NCBI GenBank assembly: GCA_964057225.1
Contig: OZ059897.1
Coordinates: forward strand, 1,612,001-1,676,000
From: Auanema rhodensis
Taxonomy: Eukaryota > Animalia > Nematoda
Length of the DNA stretch: 64,000 bases
Reading direction: 5' to 3'
Below the pieces are notes generated by a model. The model saw only the letters and a program-made list of their open reading frames with translations, was not told the origin of the DNA and made no database searches. Numbering within the stretch: position 1 is the first letter of the stretch; every line of letters begins with the position of its first letter. This document shows, in pieces, positions 15,001 through 26,491 of this stretch. The position numbers were made by a program, and so were the translations under genes.

Positions 15001-17429
15001 GCATTGAATATCATTTTTTCGTGTAATAATCGTTTTGAATATTGCTTCGTTTGTTTTAAGATTTTGCTACTGCATAGCTGCAGTTTGCTGCTCTAGCTGG
15101 TTTTCAATTTTTATTAGATTTTTCATAATCTTGCAACAAATTCATTTGAATCTAATATGAACTATTCTTTCGTTTCAAATAGTAGTGAATATCATTGTTT
15201 CTTGTAATATTGGATTTGAATATTACTTTGATAGTTATAAGATTTTTGCTACTACATGCCCTGTGTTTACTGCTCTAGCTAGTTTTCCATTTTTATTAGA
15301 TTTTTCATCATCTTGCAACAAATTCATTTGAAGCTAATATGAATTATTTTTTCGTTTTAAAAAGCATTGAATATCATTTTTTCGTGTAATAATCGTTTTG
15401 AATATTGCTTCGTTTGTTTTAAGATTTTGCTACTGCATAGCTTCAGTTTGCTGCTCTAGCTGGTTTTCAATTTTTATTAGATTTTTCATAATCTTGCAAC
15501 AAATGCATTTGAATCTAATATGAACTATTTTTTCGTTTCAAATAGTAGTGAATATCATTGTTTCTTGTAATATTGGATTTGAATATTACTTTGATAGTTA
15601 TAAGATTTTTGCTACTACATGCCCTGTGTTTACTGCTCTAGCTAGTTTTCAATTTTTATTAGATTTTTCATAATCTTGCAACAAATTCATTTGAATCTAA
15701 TATGAACTATTTTTTCGTTTCAAATAGTAGTGAATTTCATTGTTTCTTGTAATGATGGATTTGAATATTGCTTTGTTACCTTTAAGATTTTTGCTACTAC
15801 ATCTCCTGTGTTTACTGCTCTAGCTGGTTTTCCATTTTTATTAGATTTTTCATCATCTTGCAACAAATTCATTTGAAGCTAACATGAATTATTTTTTCGT
15901 TTTAAAAAGCATTGAATTTCAATGTTTCTTGTAATATTGGATTTGAATATTACTTTCATAGTTATAAGATTTTTGCTACTACATGCCCTGTGTTTACTGC
16001 TCTAGCTGGTTTTCCATTTTTATTAGATTTTTCATCATCTTGCAACAAATTCATTTGAAGCTAATATGAATTATTTTTTCGTTTTAAAAAGCATTGAATA
16101 TCATTTTTTCGTGTAATAATCGTTTTGAATATTGCTTCGTTTGTTTTAAGATTTTGCTACTGCATAGCTGCAGTTTGCTGCTCTAGCTGGTTTTCAATTT
16201 TTATTAGATTTTTCATAATCTTGCAACAAATTCATTTGAATCTAATATGAACTATTCTTTCGTTTCAAATAGTAGTGAATATCATTGTTTCTGGTAATAT
16301 TGGATTTGAATATTACTTTGATAGTTATAAGATTTTTGCTACTACATGCCCTGTGTTTACTGCACTAGCTAGTTTTCAATTTTTATTAGATTTTTCATAA
16401 TCTTGCAACAAATTCATTTGAATCTAATATGAACTATTTTTTAGTTTCAAATAGTAGTGAATATCTTTGTTTCTTGTAATATTGGATTTGAATATTACTT
16501 TGATAGTTATAAGATTTTTGCTACTACATGCCCTGTGTTTACTGCACTAGCTAGTTTTCAATTTTTATTAGATTTTTCATAATCTTGCAACAAATTCATT
16601 TGAATCTAATATGAACTATTTTTTAGTTTCAAATAGTAGTGAATATCTTTGTTTCTTGTAATATTGGATTTGAATATTACTTTGATAGTTATAAGATTTT
16701 TGCTACTACATCTCCTGTGTTTACTGCTCTAGCTGGTTTTCCATTTTTATTAGATTTTTCATCATCTTGCAACAAATTCATTTGAATCTAATATGAATTA
16801 TTTTTTCGTTTTAAAAAGCATTGAATATCATTTTTTCGTGTAATAATCGTTTTGAATATTGCTTCGTTTGTTTTAAGATTTTGCTACTGCATAGCTGCAG
16901 TTTGCTGCTCTAGCTGGTTTTCAATTTTTATTAGATTTTTCATAATCTTGCAACAAATTCATTTGAATCTAATATGAACTATTCTTTCGTTTCAAATAGT
17001 AGTGAATATCATTGTTTCTTGTAATATTGGATTTGAATATTACTTTGATAGTTATAAGATTTTTGCTACTACATGCCCTGTGTTTACTGCACTAGCTAGT
17101 TTTCAATTTTTATTAGATTTTTCATAATCTTGCAACAAATTCATTTGAATCTAATATGAACTATTTTTTAGTTTCAAATAGTAGTGAATATCTTTGTTTC
17201 TTGTAATATTGGATTTGAATATTACTTTGATAGTTATAAGATTTTTGCTACTACATGCCCTGTGTTTACTGCTCTAGCTAGTTTTCCATTTTTATTAGAT
17301 TTTTCATCATCTTGCAACAAATGCATTTGAATCTAATATGAACTATTTTTTCGTTCAGTAGTGAGTATCATTGTTTCTTGTAATATTGGATTTGAATATT
17401 ACTTTGATAGTTATGAGATTTTTACTACA
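1..17429 (+). repeat. 182-bp tandem satellite, ~96 monomers, with sequence variants and local higher-order repeats
   Basis: The motif ctctagctggttttcaatt recurs at 1, 182 (as variant cactag...), 364, 546 and onward, giving a 182-bp period with occasional 1-bp indels. No long ORFs. Confidence 0.97.
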
Positions 17430-18121
17430 CGAAAAAATAGTTCAAATGAATTTGTTGTCACAGGACGATTTATCTCATAAAAATTGAAAACCAACTAGAG
17501 GCAGCAAACTGAAGCTAAGCAGAAGCAAAAATCTTAAAACTAATGAAGCATTATTCAAATCAATTATTACAAGAAACTGATATTCAATGCTTTTCAAAAC
17601 GAAAAAATAATTCATGTTAGATTCAAATGAATTTGTTGTAAGATGATGAACAATCTCATAAAAATTGAAAACCAGCTAGAGCAGTAAACACATGACATGT
17701 AGTAGCAAAAATCATAAAACTAACGAAGCAATATTCAAATCCAATATTATAAGAAACAATGATATTCAATGCTTTTTAAAACGAAAAAATAATTCATGTT
17801 AGATTCAATTGAATTTGTTGTAAGATGATGAACAATCTCATAAAAATTGAAAACCAGCTAGAGCAGTAAACACATGACATGTAGTAGCAAAAATCATAAA
17901 ACTAACGAAGCAATATTCAAATCCAATATTACAAGAAACAATGATATTCAATGCTTTTTAAAACGAAAAAATAATTCATGTTAGATTCAATTGAATTTGT
18001 TGTAAGATGATGAACAATCTCATAAAAATTGAAAACCAGCTAGAGCAGTAAACACAGGAGATGTAGTAGCAAAAATCTTAAAGGTAATAAAGCAATATTC
18101 AAATCCATCATTACAAGAAAC
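17430..18121 (-). repeat. Inverted block of the 182-bp satellite (~3.8 monomers)
   Basis: Sequence such as aaaattgaaaaccagctagagcagtaaac is the reverse complement of the upstream monomer. The strand switch is at ...tttactaca|cgaaaaaatagttca... Confidence 0.93.
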
Positions 18122-19684
18122 GTGAACTCATATCAGTTGATTTCTCGGTTCCTTTTTAAGCTAGCGCAAGTCTGATAAGACAGATCGACGCAGCTTAAAA
18201 ATGGGCATGTGAACGCACTATACTTCTTTGAGAAACGCTTAATACAAAAATTAGTTATGATTGTTCGTGTATGTTGAGTTTCCATGTACACTCAACATTG
18301 CTTCCAAAAACATTTTGACAAAAATTTTCCCAAAAAATTTCAAGATAATTTTACAAAAAGTAGATGTTTTTAGATTCCTTTTTTCAAGGCAAAGACGATG
18401 GAGAATGTTATTCAACGAAAAAATTAATTCTTCAGGGTGAAAATCGAGGATATAAGTGTGGACTTATATCAGTTGATATCTCGGTGCATTTTTAAGCTAG
18501 CGCAAATCTAATAACACAGATCGACGCAGCTTAAAAATCCGCATCGAATGCACTATACTACATTGAGAAACGCTCAATACAAAAATTATTTATGATTGTT
18601 TGAAAAATGATGCATTAGTGTATGTTGCGTTTCCATGTACACTCAACATTGCTTCCAAAAACATTTTGACAAAAATTTTCCCGAAAAATTTCAAGATAAT
18701 TTTACAAAAAGTAGATGTTTTTAGATTCCTTTTTTTAAGGCAAAAACGATGGACAATGTTATTCAACGAAAAAATTAATTCTTCAGGGTGAAAATCGAGG
18801 ATATAAGTGTGGACTTATATCAGTTGATATCTCGGTGCATTTTTAAGCTAGCGCAAATCTAATAATACAGATCGACGCAGCTCAAAAATCCGCATCGAAT
18901 GCACTATACTACATTGAGAAACGCTCAATACAAAAATTATTTATGATTGTTTGAAAAAAGATGCATTAGTGTATGTTGAGTTTCCATGTACGCTCAACAT
19001 TGCTTCCAAAAACATTTTGACAAAAATTTTCCCGAAAAATTTCAAAATAATTTCATGAAAAGTAGATGTGTTTGGATTCCTTTTTTCAAGGCAAAGACGA
19101 TGGACAATGTTATTCAACGAAAAAATTAATTCTTCAGGGTGAAAATCGAGGATATAAGTGTGAACTTATATCAGTTGAAATCTCGGTGCATTTTTAAGCT
19201 AGCGCAAATCTAATAACACAGATCGACGCAGCTTAAAAATCCGCTTCGAATGCACTATACTACATTGAGAAACGCTCAATACAAAAATTATTTATGATTG
19301 TTTGAAAAATGATGCATTAGTGTATGTTGCGTTTCCATGTACACTCAACATTGCTTCCAAAAACATTTTGACAAAAATTTTCCCGAAAAATTTCAAGATA
19401 ATTTTACAAAAAGTAGATGTTTTTAGATTTCTTTTTTTAAGGCAAAGACGATGGACAATGTTATTCAACGAAAAAATTAATTCTTCAGGGTGAAAATCGA
19501 GGATATAAGTGTGAACTTATATCAGTTGATATCTCGGTGCATTTTTAAGCTAACGCAAATCTGATAACACAGATCGTCGCAGCTTAAAAATCCGCTTCGA
19601 ATGCACTATACTACATTGAGAAACGCTCAATACAAAAATTATTTATGATTGTTTGAAAAATGATGCATTAGTGTATGTTGCGTT
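18121..19684 (+). repeat. 351-bp tandem satellite, left segment (~4.5 monomers; the first is degenerate)
   Basis: Same monomer as 34637-64000. The repeated spurious ORFs at 18600 and 19302 are 702 bp apart (2x351). Confidence 0.95.
19679..19684 (+). other. Left target-site duplication TGCGTT
   Basis: Removing the element plus one TGCGTT restores gtgtatgttgcgtttccatgtacac, as seen in intact monomers near 18620 and 19322. Confidence 0.95.
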
Positions 19685-19732
19685 AGTAGAGAGCCATGCC
19701 GAATTTACTAACCACGCCCCCAAACAGTTGCT

Positions 19733-19835
19733 AAAAACATACTTTTGAGGGCGTCAGCTGCTAAAATCATACTTTTGGGGGCGTCAGCTGTCAAAATCAT
19801 ATTTTCGGCGTCAGCTGTCAAAAATATACTTTTCC
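19733..19835 (+). repeat. Subterminal ~27-30-bp repeats, 3 copies of ggcgtcagctg (mirror ~34486-34588)
   Basis: catacttttgagggcgtcagctg / catacttttgggggcgtcagctg / catattttcggcgtcagctg. Confidence 0.85.
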
Positions 19836-21205
19836 TCCCGAGGCAGGCTCTCGAGCCTGCGCATGAATCAAAATGCATGATTTTTTTTTTAAAAATTATT
19901 TTTTAATCTATTTTTAAATCAATTTTTATTATTTATATATTTGTTAATTGTATTTGTAAATATTTTTAAACTTATTTCTTTTTAAATGTATTTTTAATAT
20001 TTATATATATTTTAAATTGTATTTGTAAATATTATTATTTAATTGTTTCTTTTTAAATATATTTTTAATAATATTTCTTTTTAAATGTATTTTAATATTT
20101 ATATATTTTTTAATTGTATCTTTAAAACTGAATAAATTATTTCTCATATATATTGTTTTTTTTTATTTATTTAAATAAATTTAAAAGGTAATCAATATGT
20201 TCACCGTACCTCTTATGGGTTAATCAATGGAACTCATATCGAAGGTTAATTCGATAAGAAGTAATAAATATTTGAACTAAATTTAATGAAACACATATCG
20301 AAGGTTAATTCGATAAGATCGTTAAAACAGGTGCACTACACATGTACCACATGGCAAAAGTTGTGTTCATAAAAATATGATAAATAGCTGTACACCACAT
20401 GTACCTATAACGCTAAAGAATACTTACTATGCCAAGGGGTCATGAGTATATACGAATATTTTCAAACTTTTTAGCATCAAAAATGTTACTTTAAAGTAAT
20501 TGTTGTTGTAGCCCTAATAGTTTATAAATGTTCTGATAGCTAATGTATTTCATAACTATGTTCAAGAATAGAATAAATGTTTCGTAATATATTTATTGAA
20601 CAATAAATTTTCATTTAAAATTAGAACATGTGTTAACATTTTGCAAGAGTTTCTTTTTTACAAAGTGTCTGGAAATGTTGTACTTGTAATCGGATGTGTA
20701 CAAGTCTGTTTTTCGCAACAATCCTGCGTTTCCTCAGAAGGATCCAACATTTTGAATTAGTGTTTCCTAAACTATAGAAATAAGAGTGTACCACAGCTGT
20801 TATAATAAGAATATGAATACAATATTAAACGATCCTATTGTAATATTCCACAATTTTGGCTGACAGTTGTTATTGTATAAGGACTTGTCACAAATGAGTT
20901 GAATTATTGTTAAATATTTGGATTTACGAAATCGAATGCTGTAACAAGTAATTAATAAGCGGATAGTTTACAGGTTGTTAATCCGGCAACTGTTGGCGCA
21001 ATCGGTGTATTTTAGCGCATTTGGCAGCTGTTTGCGCAACAAACTGCTAATTAATGTATAAATGCATATATTTGTTGTAATATATAACAAATAGAAAAGC
21101 TGCATACAGCAGTCAACTGTTTTGTGAAAGAGGCGGAGTGGGTAGAGCTTTACAACAAAGTTTGTATAAAAGGTGGCAAAATTTTTTAGACCGAAATTTG
21201 CATTT

Positions 21206-21325
21206 CAGCTCCGCCAACAAGTCGACTCTACGATCCAGCTCTGTCAACAAGTCTACTCTCCGATCCAGCTCCGCCACCAAGTCTTCTCGCCGATCCACCT
21301 CTGCCAACAAACCGACGATCTGATC
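21206..21325 (+). repeat. 30-bp minisatellite, 4 copies (mirror 32997-33116)
   Basis: cagctccgccaacaagtcgactctacgatc followed by three diverged copies. Confidence 0.88.
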
Positions 21326-21427
21326 CAACGTCAACAGACTGCTGCTAGGACTTTCCTCTACTCTACTTGGACCCTAGACGTAAAAGTTCGTTGTTGTTTA
21401 GGAAAAGCCTCCAATTGGGCTACAAAC

Positions 21428-22021
21428 ATGAAGCGTTCCGCTCTTGTTGATGTAGAGAATATTGTACCTTCGACACCGGAACCGGATGTTCCAAGACCAC
21501 CCACACCAGGACCCAACTTTGCTGCCACATTCTTTGGTAAGGTTTTATTTTTGTTATTAATTATTTTTTGTTTAGACACACCAAAAAAGCAGGTACAAAT
21601 CTCAAAGGATAGCTCTCCACAACAGCCTGTAGTTATGAGACCAATATGTCTCTGCAAAACTTGTAGGGATACATTGCAAGTCGTAGACGAGTACCACTGT
21701 TTCAGCCTCTGTGTCAAGTGTAGAGCGAGGAATGATGCCTTAGGGCTTTTAAAAGTTTTCCGTCATTATAAACCTGAAAATTCAACAATCAATGTGAGAT
21801 TATAAAATTATTAATTCTAATTATTATTTTTTCTTTTACAGATGCGTTCCTATTCTAGCATGTCATCAAAACAATTGTTGAATAATATGGGTTACATTGC
21901 CATTTATACTGATGAGTCAACTGTCAAGTCTTTTGGTTATAAGCAGAATGTGTTCTACTTTAAATTAAGTCAACAGGCGCTCAACTTGAATATGCTTATC
22001 CGTTTTGATCCATCGTTTTGA
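21428..22021 (+). CDS. Putative spliced gene, ~168 aa, Pro-rich N-terminus plus CxxC..CxxC putative zinc-binding motif; exons 21428-21536, 21576-21793, 21842-22021
   Basis: ATG in aaacATG context. Introns gtaagg...tttag (39 bp) and gtgaga...ttacag (48 bp) are AT-rich and keep frame. Motifs CLCKTC and CFSLCVKC. No family recognised. Confidence 0.55.
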
Positions 22022-22270
22022 CTACAACAAGCACAAACTGTTTAATGGACAGTTGGTTGATTTTGTTATGTTATATTTAAATTTTCTTAGCCGTAACATT
22101 TTTTTTTCCAGCTTTCGAAGTTTGAAATTATCCATCAACAGCCGACTCTCTAACCAACTGGTAAGCATTAAAAATTTAAATATTAATCAGTTTATAATTA
22201 TAGGTTATATCATTGTCTTGGCTTTTATGTTTTGCTGGTTTTTTATTGTTACAATATGAACGATTGATCA

Positions 22271-22285
22271 AATAAATCATTTATT
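22271..22285. terminator. Back-to-back AATAAA polyadenylation signals between convergent genes (mirror 32037-32051)
   Basis: aataaa at 22271-22276 on the + strand and tttatt at 22280-22285 (AATAAA on the - strand, 34 bp after the integrase stop). Confidence 0.5.
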
Positions 22286-22318
22286 ATTAATACAATTGTT
22301 TACAACAACAGTGAAAAA

Positions 22319-23386
22319 TTATACATTTAAATTTTCTGCATCTATCCATTCATTAAAGTTGTCGGGATAGCCACTCCATTTTACAAATACTTGACGTTTA
22401 CCATTTCGTGTACGCTCTTTCAAAACTTTCTCAATATAGTACTGGTTGCTTTTATTAGTAGCCAACACAAGTTCAGGCTCATAGAATATTCCCTTTATAC
22501 GTTCACCATTATAATCTACTAGTTTATACACGGTTGGGTTCCCGGCTACAATCTCATCAATTGTGAATAGTTCCATTGTATATCCAGACTCGTAACTTTT
22601 TTCAAAAGTACGCCTGTTCTTGCTTATGCGAACATTATCACCAATTTTGAATCGGTTGCGAACAGCTGGTGCATATTCTTCAACGAATATATTTGCTGTA
22701 ACATCTACGGGGCGCATTTTAATCGACCGATTATAAGATTTGTTTATTCCTTCGACCAAGTCATCTAGTATATCAATCCATCGATGATTATTCTTGTAAT
22801 AGAGATATTTCATCATGCGCGTTTTTAAAGTTCTATTTGCTCGCTCCACCATTGCCGCCTTTTGTGGTGAACTTGTTGATCCATGCAGTATGGCAAATTT
22901 TTTGAATAGTTTTTCACAATGACTATTATAAAACTCTGCACCGTTATCCGTTATTAGTTGGATTGGTATAAAATCCTTGAATACATTTTCAAATGCAGTA
23001 GCAACCTCTAAACCACCTTTAGTTTTCAAAGGCCTAACATATAACATGCGTGTATAAACATCAATCATGGTCAACATGTAAGCATAGCCGTCATTTGATT
23101 TTTTATATTTTTGCATATCAACCAAATCTGCTTGCATTGTTAGGAATCGACCACAGCCTCTAGTCTTTTTAGTCTGCATATGCAGTCTGGTTGGTTTATG
23201 ACGTGTAAAAGTTTCAGAGTCTTGCAAAAAACTTTCAACTTGTGCTTTTGCGATGCCATGCTTTCGCGCTTCCAATAATAGATTTTTGGCAGACGTATAA
23301 GAAGCTGGATGCTTAATATTATAATAAATGTTCTCCAAAACATTACTTCCATAATCTAATGTAGAATCGTTTACGGCCTTTGCCAT
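22319..23386 (-). CDS. Maverick/Polinton retroviral-like DDE integrase (rve) with C-terminal chromodomain, left copy, ~355 aa
   Basis: Motifs IYYN..HPASY, MQADLVDM, LITDNGAEF, MVERANRTLK (D,D(33)E), FKIGDNVRI, and chromodomain YYIEKVL...FVKWSGYPDNFNEWI. The first in-frame ATG is used here; the ORF track starts earlier at a GTG (23425). Confidence 0.93.
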   Translation of the reverse strand: MAKAVNDSTLDYGSNVLENIYYNIKHPASYTSAKNLLLEARKHGIAKAQVESFLQDSETFTRHKPTRLHMQTKKTRGCGRFLTMQADLVDMQKYKKSNDGYAYMLTMIDVYTRMLYVRPLKTKGGLEVATAFENVFKDFIPIQLITDNGAEFYNSHCEKLFKKFAILHGSTSSPQKAAMVERANRTLKTRMMKYLYYKNNHRWIDILDDLVEGINKSYNRSIKMRPVDVTANIFVEEYAPAVRNRFKIGDNVRISKNRRTFEKSYESGYTMELFTIDEIVAGNPTVYKLVDYNGERIKGIFYEPELVLATNKSNQYYIEKVLKERTRNGKRQVFVKWSGYPDNFNEWIDAENLNV

Positions 23387-23924
23387 TCTGTGTTTCTCCC
23401 GCCTGAGGTGTGTAATATGATTCACCAGTGTCAGCGGGTTTTGCCTTTTTATTTATAGCTTTGGATTTGAATGTACGACGCGGAGAGGGTGAATATCGAA
23501 TAACAGCCTTACGATGACCTGGTGTTCTAGGTAATATATTAATAGTAGCATCCAAGTCTGTGACAGCCGATGTGGATGTAGGCACGGGATCAACTGAATC
23601 CTTGTTACTGACGGCAGGCTCTACATTTTTTGCCTTCTTGTTAGGGCTAGAGACCCCATTACTGGCTAAGAATTTGGCTAATACTGAGAATCCATTGGGT
23701 TCCGTCTTTGTTTTATCCAGTACAAAATCCAAAATTTTTGTAATATTTGTGTTTGGTACGGGCTCATTATTAATCACAAGTTGGTTATTTTTGTTTGTAC
23801 GCACCTCTGGAAATCTTTCCCACAGATCGTTATACTTTCGTGGCAGCTTGTATTCTGGCAATAATGGTGGATCAGTAATAAACCTATTTAAAAGAAAAAA
23901 GCTAATTCGCTCGAAATTGTACAT
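23343..23924 (-). CDS. Hypothetical Polinton-type protein upstream of integrase, left copy (193 aa; true 5' end uncertain, possibly spliced)
   Basis: The segment NQLVINNEPVPNTNITKILDFV...EPNGFSVLAKFL resembles, from memory, a conserved Polinton ORF found next to the integrase. Basic C-terminal half. Overlaps the integrase start. Confidence 0.6.
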   Translation of the reverse strand: MYNFERISFFLLNRFITDPPLLPEYKLPRKYNDLWERFPEVRTNKNNQLVINNEPVPNTNITKILDFVLDKTKTEPNGFSVLAKFLASNGVSSPNKKAKNVEPAVSNKDSVDPVPTSTSAVTDLDATINILPRTPGHRKAVIRYSPSPRRTFKSKAINKKAKPADTGESYYTPQAGETQNGKGRKRFYIRLWK

Positions 23925-23968
23925 ATATTCTACTTCAAAAGTTAAAGATTTTTAATATTATACATATT

Positions 23969-24406
23969 TTAAAAATATCTATTTTTTAAATCTGCAAAAA
24001 CTATTAATTTAAAAACTGACATAAATCAAAAAGATATTTTTAAAATACCTTGGTTAACTCGTGTTGGTGGTCGCCATCCATTATGAACCAAATAAAGAAT
24101 ATTCGGATCCCATCCATCCGGATTAAAAATTTTCCCATTAGAAAGTCTAAAAATAAATATAATTTTAAAAATATAATTCAGATATTCTTTCAAACAAATA
24201 TAAACAATTTAAAATCTAAACAATAGTTGTTTAAGATAAAAAAAATGAAAATACCTCATTCCAACTTTTCGTGATTCATTAGACGGATTAACCAAGTTTC
24301 TTGCATCAGGAAAACCAGATTTTAATGTTTCAAGCAATAGCCCATCGTCGCTATCGATATGCATCGATAATACATCACTCCCATCAGTAACATTTATTAA
24401 AAGCAT
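23969..24406 (-). CDS. TDP-43-NTD-like spliced gene, left copy; exons 24406-24255, 24146-24049 and, tentatively, 23991-23969
   Basis: Mirror image of 29916-30353. Confidence 0.72.
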
Positions 24407-24564
24407 AGCCTAAACATGAAAATATCGATATGCATTGATAATACATGACTCCCATCAGTAACATTTATTAAAAGCATAGCCTAAACATGAAAATATCGAT
24501 ATGCATCGATAATACATCACTCCCATTAGTAACATATATTAAAAACATAGTCTAAACATGAAAA
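24352..24564. repeat. 71-bp tandem triplication spanning the 5' end of the TDP-43-NTD-like gene (mirror ~29758-29970)
   Basis: tatcgatatgcat recurs at 24352, 24423 and 24494. Confidence 0.9.
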
Positions 24565-25018
24565 ATATTAGTTTTAGAGTGGGGTACACACCGACAGGTT
24601 GATTTAGACACAGATAAGAGAATCGAATATGAAAAAGAAAAATTATCTCAATCATTATCATGCTAATCGAGGGATGCTAATTCACTCTCCAACAAATAGT
24701 TAACCAATTGTAGTAAAAAAAAAATAGTAGCTACTTTTACAAAAACAAGCATTAAATATTTTTATACAAAAATAAACTGGAATTATTCCAAATAAACAAT
24801 AAGAAAGCAACGCGAACTACAGAACAAAAGGAAAAGTTAATGGAAGAATGTGATGTTGAAAGTTTCTCGTCTTCCTCTGGGTCTCTGCCCACAGACACGT
24901 CTCACCCTTTCCCCCCCCACCCCCCCGGCCCTAAGCCCCGCCATTTTTGCCGAAATGCACACAGTTCACCGGGAATGGGGGGTAAACCCGCCAAACCGGG
25001 GGAAACTGCACTGGATCC

Positions 25019-26491
25019 GTTCCTTTTTCTCAGAAATTATCAACTAAAATCAAAAATAGATAATCCGAGAATAGGTAGTCAGATGTGTAGAATCTGAAAT
25101 TCCGGGTTAATCTTGGCTAGGAATTCTCCTGTTTCCGGAAAAACGGTTTATATCGAGATCATCCACAAGATTTGTTCACAAAAAAGTTCAGGCTGTGGGC
25201 ACTGTGTTTCCGGTGAATGTTCCTTTTTCTCAGAAATTATCAACTAAAATCAAAAATAGATAATCCGAGAATAGGTAGTCAGATGTGTAGAATCTGAAAT
25301 TCCGGGTTAAATTTGGCTGTGACTTTTCACTTTTCCGGAAAAACTGTTTATATCGAGATCATCCACAAGATTTGTTCACAAAAAAGTTCAGGCTGTGGGC
25401 ACTGTGTTTCCGGTGAATGTTCCTTTTTCTCAGAAATTATCAACTAAAATCAAATAAAGATGATCCGAGGTTAGGTATTCAGATGTATAGAATCTGAAAT
25501 TCCGGGTTAAATTTGGCTAGGAATTCTCCTGTTTCCGGAAAAACTGTTTATATCGAGATCATCCACAAGATTTGTTCACAAAAAAGTTCAGGCTGTGGGC
25601 ACTGTGTTTCCGGTGAATGTTCCTTTTTCTCAGAAATTATCAACTAAAATCAAAAATAGATAATCCGAGAATAGGTAGTCAGATGTGTAGAATCTGAAAT
25701 TCCGGGTTAATCTTGGCTAGGAATTCTCCTGTTTCCGGAAAAACGGTTTATATCGAGATCATCCACAAGATTTGTTCACAAAAAAGTTCAGGCTGTGGGC
25801 ACTGTGTGCCCGGTGAATGTTCCTTTTTCTCCAAGACCATCATCGAAAATCAAATAAAGATGATCCGAGATTGGGTATTCAGATGTGTAGAATCTGAAAT
25901 TCCGGGTTAAATTTGGCTGTGACTTTTCACTTTTCCGGAAAAACTGTTTATATCGAGATCATCCACAAGATTTGTTCACAAAAAAGTTCAGGCTGTGGGC
26001 ACTGTGTTTCCGGTGAATGTTCCTTTTTCTCAGAAATTATCAACTAAAATCAAATAAAGATGATCCGAGGTCAGGTATTCAGATGTGTATAATTTGAAAT
26101 TCCGGGTTAAATTTGGCTGTGACTTTTCACTTTTCCGGTAAAACTGTTTATATCGAGATCATCCACAAGATTTGTTCACAAAAAAGTTCAGGCTGTGGGC
26201 ACTGTGTGTCCGGTTAATGTTCCTTTCTCTCAAAAATTATCAACTAAAATCAAATAAAGATGATCCGAGGTTGGGTATTCAGATGTGTAGAATCTGAAAT
26301 TCCGGGTTAAATTTGGCTAGGAATTCTCCTGTTTCCGGAAAAACGGTTTATATCGAGATCATCCACAAGTTTTGTTCACAAAAAAGTTCAGGCTGTGGGC
26401 ACTGTGTGTCCGGTGAATGTTCCTTTTTCTCAAAAATTATCAACTAAAATCAAAAATAGATAATCCGAGAATAGGTATTCAGATGTGTAGA
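25019..26491 (+). repeat. Internal 200-bp tandem array, forward half (~7.3 units)
   Basis: tcctttttctc... (with minor variants) recurs at 25021, 25221, 25421 ... 26421. Confidence 0.95.

Larger units (their letters stand above)
19685..25018 (+). repeat. Left arm of the giant inverted repeat (~5.33 kb of unique sequence)
   Basis: Reverse complement of 29306-34636. Differences I could see: a T/A-run variant (~19881-19895), one SNP (23519/30803) and a C/G tract variant (~24911-24926). Confidence 0.95.

Noticed and set aside
18405-18425. CENP-B-box-like TTCGTTGAA on the minus strand of the 351-mer
   Set aside because: It lacks the CGGG half, and so short a match is expected by chance.
21113-25097. 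Small overlapping or antisense ORFs (73, 61, 119, 84, 70, 131, 85, 65 aa) and their mirror copies
   Set aside because: They are shadows of better-supported genes, minisatellite frames or low-complexity sequence, and some are frameshifted between arms.
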